Source of the DNA: Pseudomonas flexibilis
Lineage (GTDB): Bacteria > Pseudomonadota > Gammaproteobacteria > Pseudomonadales > Pseudomonadaceae
Assembly (NCBI RefSeq): GCF_000802425.1
Contig: NZ_JRUD01000009.1
Coordinates: 36,788 to 100,787 of the forward strand
Reading direction: 5' to 3'
DNA length: 64,000 bases
Positions 20,780 through 31,694 of the stretch are shown one piece after another. The notes below the pieces were generated by a model. The model made no database searches, was not told the DNA's origin, and saw only the letters and a program-made list of their open reading frames with translations. How positions within the stretch are numbered: the stretch's first letter is position 1; each line of letters starts with the position of its first letter. The position numbers were made by a program, and so were the translations under genes.

Positions 20780-21928
20780 ATGTCCGCGTCGCACACCGCA
20801 GTGATCAGCCTGCTCGGCGCCGCCCTGGCGGCAACCGCCGCGCAGGCGGCCGAACCCCTCAAGACCCTGGGCCAGCCCGAGGGGCGGCTGGATATCATCG
20901 CCTGGCCCGGCTACATCGAGCGCGGCGATACCGACCCGCAATACGACTGGGTGACCGCGTTCGAAAAGAGCACCGGTTGCCAGGTCAACGTGAAGACCGC
21001 CGGGACCTCCGACGAGATGGTCAGCCTGATGTCCAAGGGCGGTTACGACCTGGTCACCGCCTCGGGTGACGCCTCGCTGCGCCTGGTGGCCGGCAAGCAC
21101 GTGCAGCCGGTCAATATCGACCTGATCCCGAGCTGGAACAGCGTCGATGACCGCCTGAAGAATGCGCCCTGGCACACCGTCGACGGCGTGCACTACGGCA
21201 CCCCCTACCAGTGGGGACCCAACGTGCTGATGTACAACACCAAGATCTTCCCGATTGCCCCGACCAGTTGGGCCACGGTGTTCGAAGCGCAGAACCTGCC
21301 CGATGGCAAACCCAACAAGGGCCGCGTCCAGGCCTACGACGGCCCCATCTACATTGCCGATGCCGCGCTGTACCTGAAGTCGGCCAAGCCGGAGCTGGGT
21401 ATCGCCGATCCCTACCTGCTTGACCAGAAGCAGTACGCCGCCGCGCTGGCCCTGCTGCGCCAGCAGCACAGCCTGATCCATCGCTACTGGCACGACGTGA
21501 CGGTGCAGATGAACGACTTCAAGAACGAGGGCGTGGTGGCGTCCAGCGCCTGGCCGTACCAGGTCAACGCCCTCAAGGCCGAGGGCCAGCCGATCGCCTC
21601 GGTGGTGCCGAAGGAAGGCGCCACCGGCTGGGCCGACACCACCATGCTGCATGCCAACGCCCGGCACCCGGTGTGCGCCTACAAGTGGATGGACTGGTCG
21701 CTGCAACCCAAGGTCCAGGGCGACCTGGCCGCCTGGTTCGGCTCGGTGCCGGCGGTGCCGGCGGCCTGCACGGGCAACGCACTGCTGGGCGCCGAGGGCT
21801 GCAAGACCAACGGCTTCGACAACTTCGAGAAGATCGCCTTCTGGAAGACGCCACAGGCGGAGGGCGGGAAATACGTGCCCTACAGCCGCTGGACCCAGGA
21901 CTACATCTCGATCATGGGCGGCAGGTGA
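20780..21928 (+). CDS. ydcS: ABC transporter periplasmic substrate-binding protein, YdcS-like (polyamine/aminoaldehyde-type, PotD/PotF family)
   Basis: Signal peptide. Long stretches are near-identical to E. coli YdcS as recalled (LDIIAWPGYIERG..DWVT.FEK.TGC.VNVKTA.TSDEMVSLM.KGGYDLVTASGDASLRL). Confidence 0.85.
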   Translation: MSASHTAVISLLGAALAATAAQAAEPLKTLGQPEGRLDIIAWPGYIERGDTDPQYDWVTAFEKSTGCQVNVKTAGTSDEMVSLMSKGGYDLVTASGDASLRLVAGKHVQPVNIDLIPSWNSVDDRLKNAPWHTVDGVHYGTPYQWGPNVLMYNTKIFPIAPTSWATVFEAQNLPDGKPNKGRVQAYDGPIYIADAALYLKSAKPELGIADPYLLDQKQYAAALALLRQQHSLIHRYWHDVTVQMNDFKNEGVVASSAWPYQVNALKAEGQPIASVVPKEGATGWADTTMLHANARHPVCAYKWMDWSLQPKVQGDLAAWFGSVPAVPAACTGNALLGAEGCKTNGFDNFEKIAFWKTPQAEGGKYVPYSRWTQDYISIMGGR

Positions 21929-21960
21929 CGGCGCAGGCCCGCCACATTGGGGAGCACACC

Positions 21961-22989
21961 ATGAGCGTTGCCGTGCAATTCACCGAGGTGTCCCGCCTGT
22001 ATGGGCAGGTTCGCGCCGTCGACCAGCTGACCCTGGATATCCGCGACGGCGAGTTCTTTTCCCTGCTGGGCCCCTCGGGCTCGGGCAAGACCACCTGCCT
22101 GCGCCTGATCGCCGGCTTCGAGCAGCCCAGCTCGGGCTCGATCCGCATCCAGGGCGTCGAGGCTGCCGGCCTGCCGCCCTACCGCCGCGACGTCAACACG
22201 GTGTTTCAGGACTACGCGTTGTTCCCGCACATGAAGGTGCTGGACAACGTGGCCTATGGCCTGAAGGTGAAGGGCGTGGCCAAGGCCGAGCGCCTGGCGC
22301 GGGCCCGGGAGGCGCTGAGTCTGGTGGCGCTCGACGGTTTCGCGGAACGCAGGCCGTCCCAGCTGTCCGGCGGCCAGCGCCAGCGCGTGGCGCTGGCCCG
22401 GGCGCTGGTCAACCGTCCGCGCGTGCTGCTGCTCGACGAGCCCCTCGGCGCCCTGGACCTCAAGCTGCGCGAGCAGATGCAGGGCGAACTGAAGAAGCTG
22501 CAGCGCCAGCTCGGCATCACCTTCGTGTTCGTCACCCATGATCAGGGCGAAGCCCTGTCCATGTCCGACCGGGTGGCGGTGTTCAACCAGGGGCGCCTCG
22601 AGCAGCTGGACACGCCGCGCAATCTGTACCTGCAACCGGCCACGCCCTTCGTCGCCGAGTTCGTCGGCACCAGCAACGTGATACGCGGCGAGCTGGCGCG
22701 GCAACTATGCGGCTCGACGCAGCCCTTTTCCATCCGACCCGAGCACGCCCGCCTGGCCGGCAGCGAGCCGGCGTCCGCCGAGGAGCTGCAGATCAGTGGC
22801 CAGTTGCAGGACATTCAGTATCTGGGCGCCGCCACCCGTTTCGAGCTGCGCCTGGACAACGGCCAGAACTTCACCGTCAGCCAGCCGAACACGCACTGGA
22901 GCCTCGACGCCCCGCCGGTGCTGCCCGGCCAGCGGGTCAGCGCCCGCTGGCCGCGAGCGGCCATGGTGCCGCTGCGCGAGGCGCCCTGA
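21961..22989 (+). CDS. ydcT: ABC transporter ATP-binding protein, YdcT/PotA-like
   Basis: Walker A GPSGSGKTT, the signature LSGGQRQRVALARAL, Walker B LLLDEP, and a C-terminal TOBE/MOP-like domain. ATG at 21961 follows a GGGGAG RBS. Confidence 0.9.
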   Translation: MSVAVQFTEVSRLYGQVRAVDQLTLDIRDGEFFSLLGPSGSGKTTCLRLIAGFEQPSSGSIRIQGVEAAGLPPYRRDVNTVFQDYALFPHMKVLDNVAYGLKVKGVAKAERLARAREALSLVALDGFAERRPSQLSGGQRQRVALARALVNRPRVLLLDEPLGALDLKLREQMQGELKKLQRQLGITFVFVTHDQGEALSMSDRVAVFNQGRLEQLDTPRNLYLQPATPFVAEFVGTSNVIRGELARQLCGSTQPFSIRPEHARLAGSEPASAEELQISGQLQDIQYLGAATRFELRLDNGQNFTVSQPNTHWSLDAPPVLPGQRVSARWPRAAMVPLREAP

Positions 22990-23936
22990 TGGCCACCCCG
23001 GTCACTGCACAACCGCGGGAGCAGGCGGGCCCGGTGCGCCGGTTCGCCGACCTGCTGTACCGCAAGCCGACCCTGTATCTGTCACTGCTGCTGATCCCGC
23101 CGCTGCTGTGGTTCGGCGTCATCTACCTGGGCTCGCTGCTGGGCCTGCTCTGGCAGAGCTTCTACACCTTCGACGATTTCAGCATGACGGTCACGCCCAC
23201 GCTGACCCTGGACAATCTGCGCGCGCTGTTCCAGCCGGCCAACTTCGACATCATCCTGCGCACCCTGAGCATGGCCGTGGCGGTTTCCGTGGCCAGCGCC
23301 CTGCTGGCCTTTCCGATCGCCTTCTACATGGCATTGCACACCTCGGGGCGCACCAAGGCGTTCTTCTACATCGCGGTGATGCTGCCGATGTGGGCCAGCT
23401 ACATCGTCAAGGCTTACGCCTGGACGCTGCTGCTGGCCCAGGGCGGCGTGGCCCAGTGGTTTATCGACCAGCTCGGCCTGCGCTTCTTGCTGGAGTCGCT
23501 GCTGGCCATTCCCGGGGTGGGCGGCAGCACCCTGTCGACCTCGCACCTGGGCCGCTTTCTGGTGTTCGTCTACATCTGGCTGCCCTTCATGATCCTGCCC
23601 ATCCAGGCCGCGCTGGAACGCCTGCCGCGCTCCCTGCTGCAGGCCTCGGCGGACCTGGGCGCACGCCCGGCGCAGACCTTGCGCCTGGTCATCCTGCCGC
23701 TGGCCATTCCCGGCATCGCCGCCGGATCGATCTTCACCTTCTGCCTGACCCTGGGGGATTTCATCGTGCCGCTGCTGGTCGGCCCGCCGGGCTTCTTCAT
23801 TGGCAACATGGTGTATGCCCAGCAGGGCTCGATCGGCAACCTGCCCATGGCCGCCGCCTTCACCCTGGTGCCCATCGTGCTGGTGGCGCTCTACCTGTCC
23901 GTCGTCAAGCGACTGGGGGCGTTCGATGCGCTCTGA
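22989..23936 (+). CDS. ydcU: ABC transporter permease, YdcU/PotB-like
   Basis: Six-TM permease with an EAA-like loop. Its start overlaps the ATPase stop (ATGA), consistent with translational coupling. Confidence 0.85.
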   Translation: MATPVTAQPREQAGPVRRFADLLYRKPTLYLSLLLIPPLLWFGVIYLGSLLGLLWQSFYTFDDFSMTVTPTLTLDNLRALFQPANFDIILRTLSMAVAVSVASALLAFPIAFYMALHTSGRTKAFFYIAVMLPMWASYIVKAYAWTLLLAQGGVAQWFIDQLGLRFLLESLLAIPGVGGSTLSTSHLGRFLVFVYIWLPFMILPIQAALERLPRSLLQASADLGARPAQTLRLVILPLAIPGIAAGSIFTFCLTLGDFIVPLLVGPPGFFIGNMVYAQQGSIGNLPMAAAFTLVPIVLVALYLSVVKRLGAFDAL

Positions 23937-24732
23937 CCGGCCGTCCCTGGGGCTCCGGCTGGCCGCCTGGGGCGGCCTGCTGTTCCTGCATTTTCCGATC
24001 CTGATCATCGGCCTGTATGCCTTCAACACCGAGACCGCTGGCTTCAGCTTTCCGCCCAAGGGCTTGACCCTGCACTGGTTCGGCGTGGCCTTCGCCCGTC
24101 ACGATGTGCTCCAGGCCATCAGCCTCTCGCTGCAGGTGGCGGCCCTGGCCACGCTGATCGCCCTGCTGCTCGGCACCCTGGCGGCCGCGGCGCTGTGGCG
24201 GCGCGACTTCTTCGGCAAGGAAAGCGTGTCGCTGCTGTTGATCCTGCCCATCGCGCTGCCCGGCATCGTCACCGGCCTGGCGCTGCTGTCCGCCTTCAAG
24301 CGGTTCGGCATCGAGCCGGGCATCCTGACCATCGTCATCGGCCACGCCACCTTCTGCGTGGTGATCGTCTACAACAACGTCATCGCCCGCTTCCGCCGCA
24401 CCCAGTACAGCCTGATCGAGGCCAGCATGGACCTGGGCGCCGATGGCTGGCAGACGTTCCGCTACATCGTCCTGCCCAACCTGGGTTCGGCGCTGCTGGC
24501 CGGCGGCATGCTGGCCTTCGCCCTGTCCTTCGACGAGATCATCGTCACCACATTCACCGCCGGCCACGAACGCACCCTGCCGCTGTGGCTGCTCAACCAG
24601 CTGTCCCGCCCGCGCGATGTGCCCATCACCAACGTGGTGGCCCTGCTGGTGATGCTGGTGACCATGCTGCCGATCCTCGCCGCCTATTACCTGACCCGGG
24701 GCGGTGACGAGGTGGCGGGCGGCGACAAATGA
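23926..24732 (+). CDS. ydcV: ABC transporter permease, YdcV/PotC-like
   Basis: Six-TM permease. Its start overlaps the upstream permease gene by 11 nt. Confidence 0.85.
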   Translation: MRSDRPSLGLRLAAWGGLLFLHFPILIIGLYAFNTETAGFSFPPKGLTLHWFGVAFARHDVLQAISLSLQVAALATLIALLLGTLAAAALWRRDFFGKESVSLLLILPIALPGIVTGLALLSAFKRFGIEPGILTIVIGHATFCVVIVYNNVIARFRRTQYSLIEASMDLGADGWQTFRYIVLPNLGSALLAGGMLAFALSFDEIIVTTFTAGHERTLPLWLLNQLSRPRDVPITNVVALLVMLVTMLPILAAYYLTRGGDEVAGGDK

Positions 24733-24779
24733 CACCGAGCCACCCAACCGTTCCATCTCGTTCATCTAGGGAGCCCAAG

Positions 24780-26204
24780 ATGCAAACCAAACTGCTGATC
24801 AACGGCGAGCTGGTCGCTGGCCAGGGACCGGCCCAGCCGGTCCTCAATCCGTCCCTGGGCAGCGAGCTGCTGCGGATTGCCGAAGCCGGTCCGGAGCAGA
24901 TCGATGCGGCGGTGCGTTCGGCCGATGCCGCCTTCGACGGCTGGTCACAGACCCCGCCCAAGGACCGCGCCGCCTGCCTGCTGGCCCTGGCCGACGCCAT
25001 CGACAGCCACGCCGAGGAGCTGGCCCGGCTGGAGTCGCAGAACTGCGGCAAGCCCTATACCGCCGCCCTGAACGACGAGCTGCCGGCGATCTCCGACGTG
25101 TTCCGCTTCTTCGCCGGCGCCAGCCGCTGCCTGCAGGGTTCGGCCGCCGGCGAATACCTGCCCGGGCACACCTCGCTGATCCGCCGCGATCCCATCGGCG
25201 TGGTCGCCTCCATCGCGCCCTGGAACTACCCGCTGATGATGGCGGCCTGGAAGCTGGCGCCAGCGCTGGCCGCCGGCAACTGCGTGGTACTCAAGCCCTC
25301 CGAGCAGACGCCGCTGACCGCGCTGCGCCTGGGCGAGCTGATCGCCGAGATCTTTCCTGCCGGCGTAGCCAACATCCTGTTCGGGCGCGGCGCCAGCGTG
25401 GGCTCGGCCCTGGCCGGCCACGACCAGGTGCGCATGCTGTCGCTGACCGGCTCCATCGCCACCGGCGCGAACCTCATCGCCGGCAGCGCCGCCAGCGTCA
25501 AGCGCCTGCACATGGAACTGGGCGGCAAGGCGCCGGTGATCGTCTTCGACGACGCCGACCTGGAGGCCGTGGTCGAGGGCATCCGCACCTTCGGTTTCTA
25601 CAACGCCGGCCAGGACTGCACCGCCGCCTGCCGCATCTATGCGCAGAAAGGCATCTATGAACGGTTCGTTGCGCGCCTGGGCGAGGCCGTGGCCAGCCTG
25701 CGCCACGGCCTGCAGGACGATGCGGCCACCGAACTGGGGCCGCTGATCAGCGAGGTCCAGTGCCAGCGGGTCGCCGGCTTCGTCGAACGCGCCAGCGCCC
25801 TGCCCCACGTTGAGGTGGTGACCGGCGGGAAGGCCCCGGGGGATGCCGGTTTCTTCTTCCTGCCAACCGTGCTGGCCGGCGCTCGCCAGGAGGACGAAAT
25901 CGTCCGCCACGAGGTGTTCGGCCCGGTGGTGTCGGTAACGCCGTTCGAAGACGAGGCCCAGGCGCTGGCCTTTGCCAACGACTCCAGCTACGGCCTGGCC
26001 TCCTCCGTGTGGACCCGCGACATCGGCCGCGCCCATCGCCTGGCGGCGCGCCTGCAGTACGGCTGCACCTGGGTGAACACCCACTTCACCCTGGTCAGCG
26101 AGATGCCGCACGGCGGCATGAAGCGCTCCGGCTATGGCAAGGATCTGTCCATGTATGGCCTGGAGGACTACACGGCGGTACGCCACGTCATGATCAGGCA
26201 CTGA
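24780..26204 (+). CDS. patD: Gamma-aminobutyraldehyde dehydrogenase (aldehyde dehydrogenase family), PatD/YdcW-like, 474 aa
   Basis: Very high similarity to E. coli PatD along the whole length as recalled ([51 protein letters not shown]). The length is identical and the gene sits immediately downstream of the ydcSTUV-like genes, as in E. coli. Confidence 0.9.
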   Translation: MQTKLLINGELVAGQGPAQPVLNPSLGSELLRIAEAGPEQIDAAVRSADAAFDGWSQTPPKDRAACLLALADAIDSHAEELARLESQNCGKPYTAALNDELPAISDVFRFFAGASRCLQGSAAGEYLPGHTSLIRRDPIGVVASIAPWNYPLMMAAWKLAPALAAGNCVVLKPSEQTPLTALRLGELIAEIFPAGVANILFGRGASVGSALAGHDQVRMLSLTGSIATGANLIAGSAASVKRLHMELGGKAPVIVFDDADLEAVVEGIRTFGFYNAGQDCTAACRIYAQKGIYERFVARLGEAVASLRHGLQDDAATELGPLISEVQCQRVAGFVERASALPHVEVVTGGKAPGDAGFFFLPTVLAGARQEDEIVRHEVFGPVVSVTPFEDEAQALAFANDSSYGLASSVWTRDIGRAHRLAARLQYGCTWVNTHFTLVSEMPHGGMKRSGYGKDLSMYGLEDYTAVRHVMIRH

Positions 26205-26210
26205 AGGGAA

Positions 26211-27302
26211 CTAGCGAATCGGCGTATCCCGCTGCGCCGCCCGCACGTACTGCGCCGGCCACGGCACCGAGGTATCGCCCAGGTAGCCGGCGGCGTGCAG
26301 CGGCCAGTAGGGATCGCGCAGCAGCTCGCGGGCCAGCAGGATCAGGTCGGCCTGGCCGGTACGCAGCACGTGCTCGGCCTGCACCGCTTCGGTGATCAGC
26401 CCCACCGCGCCGGTGGCGATCCCCGCCTCGCGGCGGATGCGTTCGGCGAACTGGGTCTGATAGCCAGGGCCGATGGGGATTTCCGCGTTGGCCGAGGTAC
26501 CGCCCGAGGACACATCGATCAGATCCACGCCCAGTGCCTTGAGCCGGCAGGCCAGCTCCACCGTCTCGTCTGGATTCCAGCCGTCTTCCACCCAGTCGGT
26601 GGCGGAAAGGCGCACCAGCAGCGGCAGGTCAGCCGGCCAGACCTGACGCACCGCCTCGGTCACCTGCAGCAGCAGGCGGATGCGATTCTCGAAGGAGCCG
26701 CCGTAGTCATCCCCACGGCGGTTGGAGAGCGGCGAGAGGAACTGGTGCAGCAGGTAGCCGTGTGCAGCATGCACTTCGGCGACTTTGAAACCGGCGATCC
26801 GCGCCCGCTCGGCGGCCTCGACGAAGGCGCGCACGATCCCGGCGATGCCCTCGGCGTCCAGCTCGGCGGGCACCGCGTGCTCGGGATCGAAGGCCAGCGG
26901 CGACGGGCCGACCGGCACCCAGCCGCCCTCGTTCAACGGCACGCTGCCGCGTTTGCCACGCCAGGGCTGCCAGGTGCCGGCCTTGCGTCCGGCATGCGCC
27001 AGCTGGATGCCGGCCACGGCGCCCTGGGACTCGATGAACGCGGTGATGCGCCGCAACGGCTCCACGTGCGCCTCGCTCCAGATGCCCAGGTCATGGGCAC
27101 TGATCCGGCCCTCGGGCAGCACGGCGGTGGCTTCGAAGATCACCAGGCCGGCACCGCCGACGGCGCGACTGCCCAGGTGCACCAGGTGCCAGTCGGTGGC
27201 CAGACCGTCCTCGCCCGCCGAGTACTGGCACATGGGCGACACCGCGATGCGGTTGGGCAAGGTCAGCTGACGCAGGTTCAGCGGCTGGAAAAGCAGCGAC
27301 AT
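26211..27302 (-). CDS. NADH:flavin oxidoreductase / NADH oxidase, Old Yellow Enzyme family (NamA/YqjM-like alkene reductase)
   Basis: OYE TIM-barrel motifs (RIAVSPMCQY, HLVHLGSRAVGGAGLVI.EAT, HAAHGYLLHQFLSP). Confidence 0.88.
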   Translation of the reverse strand: MSLLFQPLNLRQLTLPNRIAVSPMCQYSAGEDGLATDWHLVHLGSRAVGGAGLVIFEATAVLPEGRISAHDLGIWSEAHVEPLRRITAFIESQGAVAGIQLAHAGRKAGTWQPWRGKRGSVPLNEGGWVPVGPSPLAFDPEHAVPAELDAEGIAGIVRAFVEAAERARIAGFKVAEVHAAHGYLLHQFLSPLSNRRGDDYGGSFENRIRLLLQVTEAVRQVWPADLPLLVRLSATDWVEDGWNPDETVELACRLKALGVDLIDVSSGGTSANAEIPIGPGYQTQFAERIRREAGIATGAVGLITEAVQAEHVLRTGQADLILLARELLRDPYWPLHAAGYLGDTSVPWPAQYVRAAQRDTPIR

Positions 27303-27374
27303 GACGAATCTCCCGAACGATTTTCACCCACCAGTAAAGACCTCCTGCGACAGCCTGAAGCAGTCGACCCGCTA

Positions 27375-27402
27375 TAAAGCCGACCACCCGGCTGGCCGAT
27401 AA
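27375..27402 (+). promoter_or_regulatory. Candidate sigma-28 (FliA) promoter: TAAAG-N15-GCCGATAA, about 98 nt upstream of the MCP gene
   Basis: Seen directly. It matches the enteric and Pseudomonas FliA consensus (TAAAGTTT-N11-GCCGATAA) with spacing off by at most 1 nt. MCP genes are commonly FliA-dependent. Confidence 0.45.
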
Positions 27403-27499
27403 CCCGTATGGTCAGCAAGGAAAACCCGGCCGCCGGGTGCGCGGGCGGTGGATCCTCCGACCCACTACAACAACAACGAAATGCAAGGGAAGGTGCCCC

Positions 27500-29134
27500 A
27501 TGCTTCGCCTGTTCGCCGATCTCAAGTTCCGCTGGAAAATCGCCCTCCCCATCCTTGTCCTGGCCGTGCTGCTGATGCTCATGGGCCTGCTCGCGATGCG
27601 CAGCATCGAACATCTGGTGCAGGCCTCCACACAACTGACCAACCGTTCGCTGCCGGCGGTGAGCCTGCTGCTCAATGCCGACCGCGACCTGTACCAGGCG
27701 TTCATCGCCGAACGCAGCCTGCTCGGCGACTTCACCGAAGAGCATGCCCAGGCGCTGCGTGACAGTCACCGCGAGAATCTGAGCCAGGCCCACGAACGGG
27801 TCAATCGCTACGCGACGCTGCAGCCCTCCCCCGAGGCGCGCCGCTTGGTGGAAGAGTTCAATCGGGGCTTCGAACGCTGGAAGGCCACTTCGGAACGGGT
27901 GCTGGCGATGACCCGTGAATACCCGGCCGGCGCGACCGCGCTGAGCTTCGGCGAAAGCGAGAAGCTGTTCGAGGCGGCCCGCGACGCCATCGATAAGCTC
28001 GGCGAGCTGGAAGACGCCACCGCCGAGGCACTGGGCCAGTCGGCTATTGACCAGGGCATCGCCAACCGGGTGCAACAGGGCACGCTGGTGATGATCGGCC
28101 TGCTGATCTGCGCGCTGCTCGCCTTCGCCTTTCCGATGCTGGTTACCCGGCCGCTGCAGCGCCTGCTGGAGCGGCTCGAGCAGATCGCAGATGGTGACGG
28201 CGACCTGCGTGGGCGCGTGGAAGCCAGCTCCCGGGACGAGCTGGGTCAGCTCGGACGCGCCTTCAACCGGTTCCTCGACAAGCTGCAGCCGATGATCGCC
28301 GAGATCGGCTCCCTGGCCGGATCGGTGTCCACCTCGGCCCGCGACCAGGCGGGCCTGGCGGCGCGCAACGACGAGCTGATCAGCAACGAGTTCGCCGCAG
28401 TCGACCAGGTCAGCACCGCCGCCACGGAGATGAGCGCTGCCGTGCACGAGGTGGCGCGCAGCGCGCAGCAGGCCGCCGACACGGCGCGCGAAGCCGATGA
28501 GCAGTCGCGCCATGGCGCGCAGGTGGTCGGCGCGAGCATCACGGTGATCCGCGCCCTGGCCAGCGACGTGGGCAACGCCGCGAAGACCATCAGGGCCCTG
28601 GAGGAGGAAACCGCCAGCATTGGCGCAGTGCTGGAGGTGATTCGCACGATTGCCGAACAGACCAACCTGCTGGCCCTCAACGCCGCCATCGAGGCAGCCC
28701 GCGCCGGCGACCAGGGTCGCGGTTTCGCGGTGGTGGCCGACGAGGTACGCGCCCTGGCGGCGCGCACTCAGGAATCCACGGTGGACATCCAGGCGCGCAT
28801 CGAGCGTCTGCAGAGCGGCGTGCAGCAAGCGGTGCGCGCCATGGAAAGCGGCGGCGGCAAGGCCACCGACAGCGTGCAGCGCGTGGCGGATGTGGAGCAG
28901 GTGCTCGACGGCACGCGCGGCGCGATCCAGCGCATCAACGACATGGCCGCGCAGATCGCCACCGCCTGCGAGGAGCAGAGCAGCGTGACCGAGGAGATCG
29001 CGCGCAACATCGACGAGATCCGTACCCTGTCCAACCAGGCGACGCAGATGTCGGAGCAAAGCACCCAGGCCAGCCGCGGCCTGTCGGAGCTGTCCGGCCA
29101 GCTGGCGCGGCTGGTGGGGCGCTTCCAGGTGTGA
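27500..29134 (+). CDS. Methyl-accepting chemotaxis protein (4HB_MCP-type sensor, HAMP, MA domain)
   Basis: N-terminal TM helix, a periplasmic four-helix-bundle-like region, a second TM, HAMP, and a conserved MA domain ([38 protein letters not shown]). AAGGGAAGG RBS precedes the ATG at 27500. Confidence 0.9.
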   Translation: MLRLFADLKFRWKIALPILVLAVLLMLMGLLAMRSIEHLVQASTQLTNRSLPAVSLLLNADRDLYQAFIAERSLLGDFTEEHAQALRDSHRENLSQAHERVNRYATLQPSPEARRLVEEFNRGFERWKATSERVLAMTREYPAGATALSFGESEKLFEAARDAIDKLGELEDATAEALGQSAIDQGIANRVQQGTLVMIGLLICALLAFAFPMLVTRPLQRLLERLEQIADGDGDLRGRVEASSRDELGQLGRAFNRFLDKLQPMIAEIGSLAGSVSTSARDQAGLAARNDELISNEFAAVDQVSTAATEMSAAVHEVARSAQQAADTAREADEQSRHGAQVVGASITVIRALASDVGNAAKTIRALEEETASIGAVLEVIRTIAEQTNLLALNAAIEAARAGDQGRGFAVVADEVRALAARTQESTVDIQARIERLQSGVQQAVRAMESGGGKATDSVQRVADVEQVLDGTRGAIQRINDMAAQIATACEEQSSVTEEIARNIDEIRTLSNQATQMSEQSTQASRGLSELSGQLARLVGRFQV

Positions 29135-29201
29135 ACGTGCGCTACCGCGTGCCTGTGGCGGCCGGGAAAGCGCCAACCGCCCTACGGCAGGGCGAGGGCC
29201 G

Positions 29202-30917
29202 TCAGCGCGGCGCCAGGTGGCTGACCAGCAGCTGGACGCTTTCCTGCCCGCGGTACTCGTTGACGTCCAGCTTGTAGGCCAGCTCGACCCAGCGCACCGT
29301 CGGGTTGGGCCATTGTTCGCGGTCGATGTTGAAGGCGATGCCATCCAGCGTGCGGCTGCCGCATTCGGTCTTCACCACCAGCTTCAGGTGCCGCTCGCCT
29401 ACCAGGCGCTGCTGCACCAGCTGGAACATGCCATGGAACAGCGGCTCGGGAAAATGCTGACCCCAGGGCCCGGCGTGGCGCAAGGCGCGGGCCAGCTCCA
29501 GGTGGAACTCCTCGGCGCCCAACTGGCCGTCGGACAGTAGCCGGCCAGTGAGATCCTCGTCGCTGAGCTGGCGGCGCACCTCGGCATCGAAGGCGGCGGC
29601 GAAGGCGCCGAAGTTCGCTACCGGCAACGACAGGCCGGCGGCCATGGCGTGCCCGCCGAACTTGCTGATCAGCCCCGGATGGCGGGCCGCCACGGCGTCC
29701 AGCGCATCGCGAATATGGAAGCCCGGCACCGAGCGCGCCGATCCCTTGAGCAGGCCGTCGCCGGCATCGGCAAAGGCGATGGTCGGGCGGTGGTAGCGCT
29801 CCTTCAGACGCGAGGCGAGGATGCCGATCACACCCTGGTGCCATTCCGGCTCGAACAGGCACAGGCCGAACGGCAGTTGCTCGACCGGCAGGTCCTTCAA
29901 CTGGGCCAGCGCCTCGCGCTGCATGCCCTGCTCGATGGCCTTGCGATCCTGGTTGAGCTGGTCGAGCTGCATTGCCATGTCGCGGGCCAGGACCTCGTCC
30001 TCGCAGAGCAGGCATTCGATGCCCAGGCTCATGTCGTCCAGGCGGCCGGCGGCGTTCAGGCGCGGTCCGAGGATGAAGCCGAGATCGGTGGAGGTGATGC
30101 GTGCGGCCTGCTTGCCGGCTACCTCGAGGATCGCCTTGAGGCCGGGCCGCGCCCGGCCTGCACGGATGCGCGCCAGCCCCTGATGCACGAGGATGCGGTT
30201 GTTGGCGTCCAGCGGCACCACGTCGGCAACACTGCCCAGCGCCACCAGATCCAGCAGCTCGCCGAGGTTTGGCTCAGCCAGGCCGGCGCGGGCGAACCAG
30301 CCGATGTCGCGCAGCCGCGCACGCAGCGCCAGCAGCACATAGAAGATCACACCGACCCCGGCCATCGCCTTGCTGGGAAAGCCGCAGCCCGGCTGGTTGG
30401 GGTTGACGATGGCATCGGCTGCGGGCAATTCGGGGCCCGGCAGGTGGTGATCGGTGACCAGTACCTTGAGCCCGGCCGCCTTGGCCGCCGCCACGCCATC
30501 CACGCTGGAGATGCCGTTGTCCACGGTGATCAACAGCTCCGGCCGTCGCTGCAGCGCCACCGCGACGATTTCCGGCGTCAGGCCGTAGCCGTACTCGAAA
30601 CGGTTGGGCACCAGGTAGTCGACATGCGCCACACCAAGCATGCGCAGGCCCAGCACACCGACACAGCTGGCGGTGGCACCGTCGGCATCGAAGTCACCGA
30701 CGATCAGCACCCGCCGACGCTGCTCCAGCGCCTCGACCAAAAGCGCCACCGCCGCGTCGATGCCGGCCAGTTGCTGGTAGGGGATCAGCCGCGCCAGCCC
30801 CTTCTCCAACTCGACGGCGCTACGCACGCCACGGGCGGCATACAGGCGGGTCAGCAGCGGCGGCAGGTCGCCCAGATCGGGCAGGGATTCGGGCAACGGG
30901 CGGGGTTCGATACGCAT
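29202..30917 (-). CDS. recJ: Single-stranded-DNA-specific exonuclease RecJ
   Basis: DHH and DHHA1 motifs (VGDFDADG, TDHH) and an OB-fold C-terminus. ATG at 30917 was used; the track's TTG start at 30923 is an alternative. Confidence 0.93.
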   Translation of the reverse strand: MRIEPRPLPESLPDLGDLPPLLTRLYAARGVRSAVELEKGLARLIPYQQLAGIDAAVALLVEALEQRRRVLIVGDFDADGATASCVGVLGLRMLGVAHVDYLVPNRFEYGYGLTPEIVAVALQRRPELLITVDNGISSVDGVAAAKAAGLKVLVTDHHLPGPELPAADAIVNPNQPGCGFPSKAMAGVGVIFYVLLALRARLRDIGWFARAGLAEPNLGELLDLVALGSVADVVPLDANNRILVHQGLARIRAGRARPGLKAILEVAGKQAARITSTDLGFILGPRLNAAGRLDDMSLGIECLLCEDEVLARDMAMQLDQLNQDRKAIEQGMQREALAQLKDLPVEQLPFGLCLFEPEWHQGVIGILASRLKERYHRPTIAFADAGDGLLKGSARSVPGFHIRDALDAVAARHPGLISKFGGHAMAAGLSLPVANFGAFAAAFDAEVRRQLSDEDLTGRLLSDGQLGAEEFHLELARALRHAGPWGQHFPEPLFHGMFQLVQQRLVGERHLKLVVKTECGSRTLDGIAFNIDREQWPNPTVRWVELAYKLDVNEYRGQESVQLLVSHLAPR

Positions 30918-30991
30918 GGACAACTCGGATCGCAGGGCAGTCGTGGGGTGGATCGCACTTTTATTGATTCACCAAGCGGTGGGCGCGGGCT

Positions 30992-31531
30992 TCAGCGCTC
31001 GCCGGCCAGCCACTCCAGGGGAATCTCGTGCTGGCCACGCTCATCGGTGACGAACAGTTCGCCATCGCTGATCATCACGCTCCAGCTCAGCGAGCGCGGC
31101 AGGTCTTGGGCCAGATTCTCCAGCGCGGGCTGGTCGACCGCCACCACGCTGAGGTTCTTCAGGTTGCGCACGCTGTCGAGCACCCGGGTCTGCCAGACCC
31201 GCAGGCTGCCATAGGCCACCAGACTGAAGCGCTCGGCGCGGCGCGAGCACCAGGTCATGCGATCGGCATCCGGCTGACCCACCTCGATCCAGTGCAGCAC
31301 CCGGTCGTCCAGGCTCTTCTCCCAGAGCGCCGGCTCATCGACATCCGACAGGCCACGACCGAAGGCCAGCTGCGGGTCGTACCACAGGGCATAGGCGATC
31401 AGCCGCACCGCCAGGCGCTCCTCGGTTTCCGAGGGGTGGCGGGCGACGGTGAAACGCAGGTTCTCGTAGATCCCGCGATCCAGATCGGTGAGGTTGAGTT
31501 CGACTTTGTAGGGCGTGGCTTGCAGGGCCAT
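30992..31531 (-). CDS. yaeQ: YaeQ family protein
   Basis: The 179-aa product has the conserved YaeQ N-terminus (MALQATPYKVELNLTDLDRGIYENLRFTVARHPSETEERL). Confidence 0.85.
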   Translation of the reverse strand: MALQATPYKVELNLTDLDRGIYENLRFTVARHPSETEERLAVRLIAYALWYDPQLAFGRGLSDVDEPALWEKSLDDRVLHWIEVGQPDADRMTWCSRRAERFSLVAYGSLRVWQTRVLDSVRNLKNLSVVAVDQPALENLAQDLPRSLSWSVMISDGELFVTDERGQHEIPLEWLAGER

Positions 31532-31694
31532 GGAGGCAGTACCGGCTGGGAGCGAAAGGGCGCAAGTCTACCGCGAAAACTGTGGCCCGGCGCGGGCGAC
31601 AAGTAATGGCAAAATCACATCGTCGGGATGCCGAATCCCGGCGCAGGCGATTATAAGACCGCGCCCCGCTTCTTCCGGATCCGGAAAGGTTGTC

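Noticed and set aside
27278-29344. 688-aa minus-strand ORF
   Set aside because: It is antisense to the MCP gene, which has a clear HAMP/MA domain.
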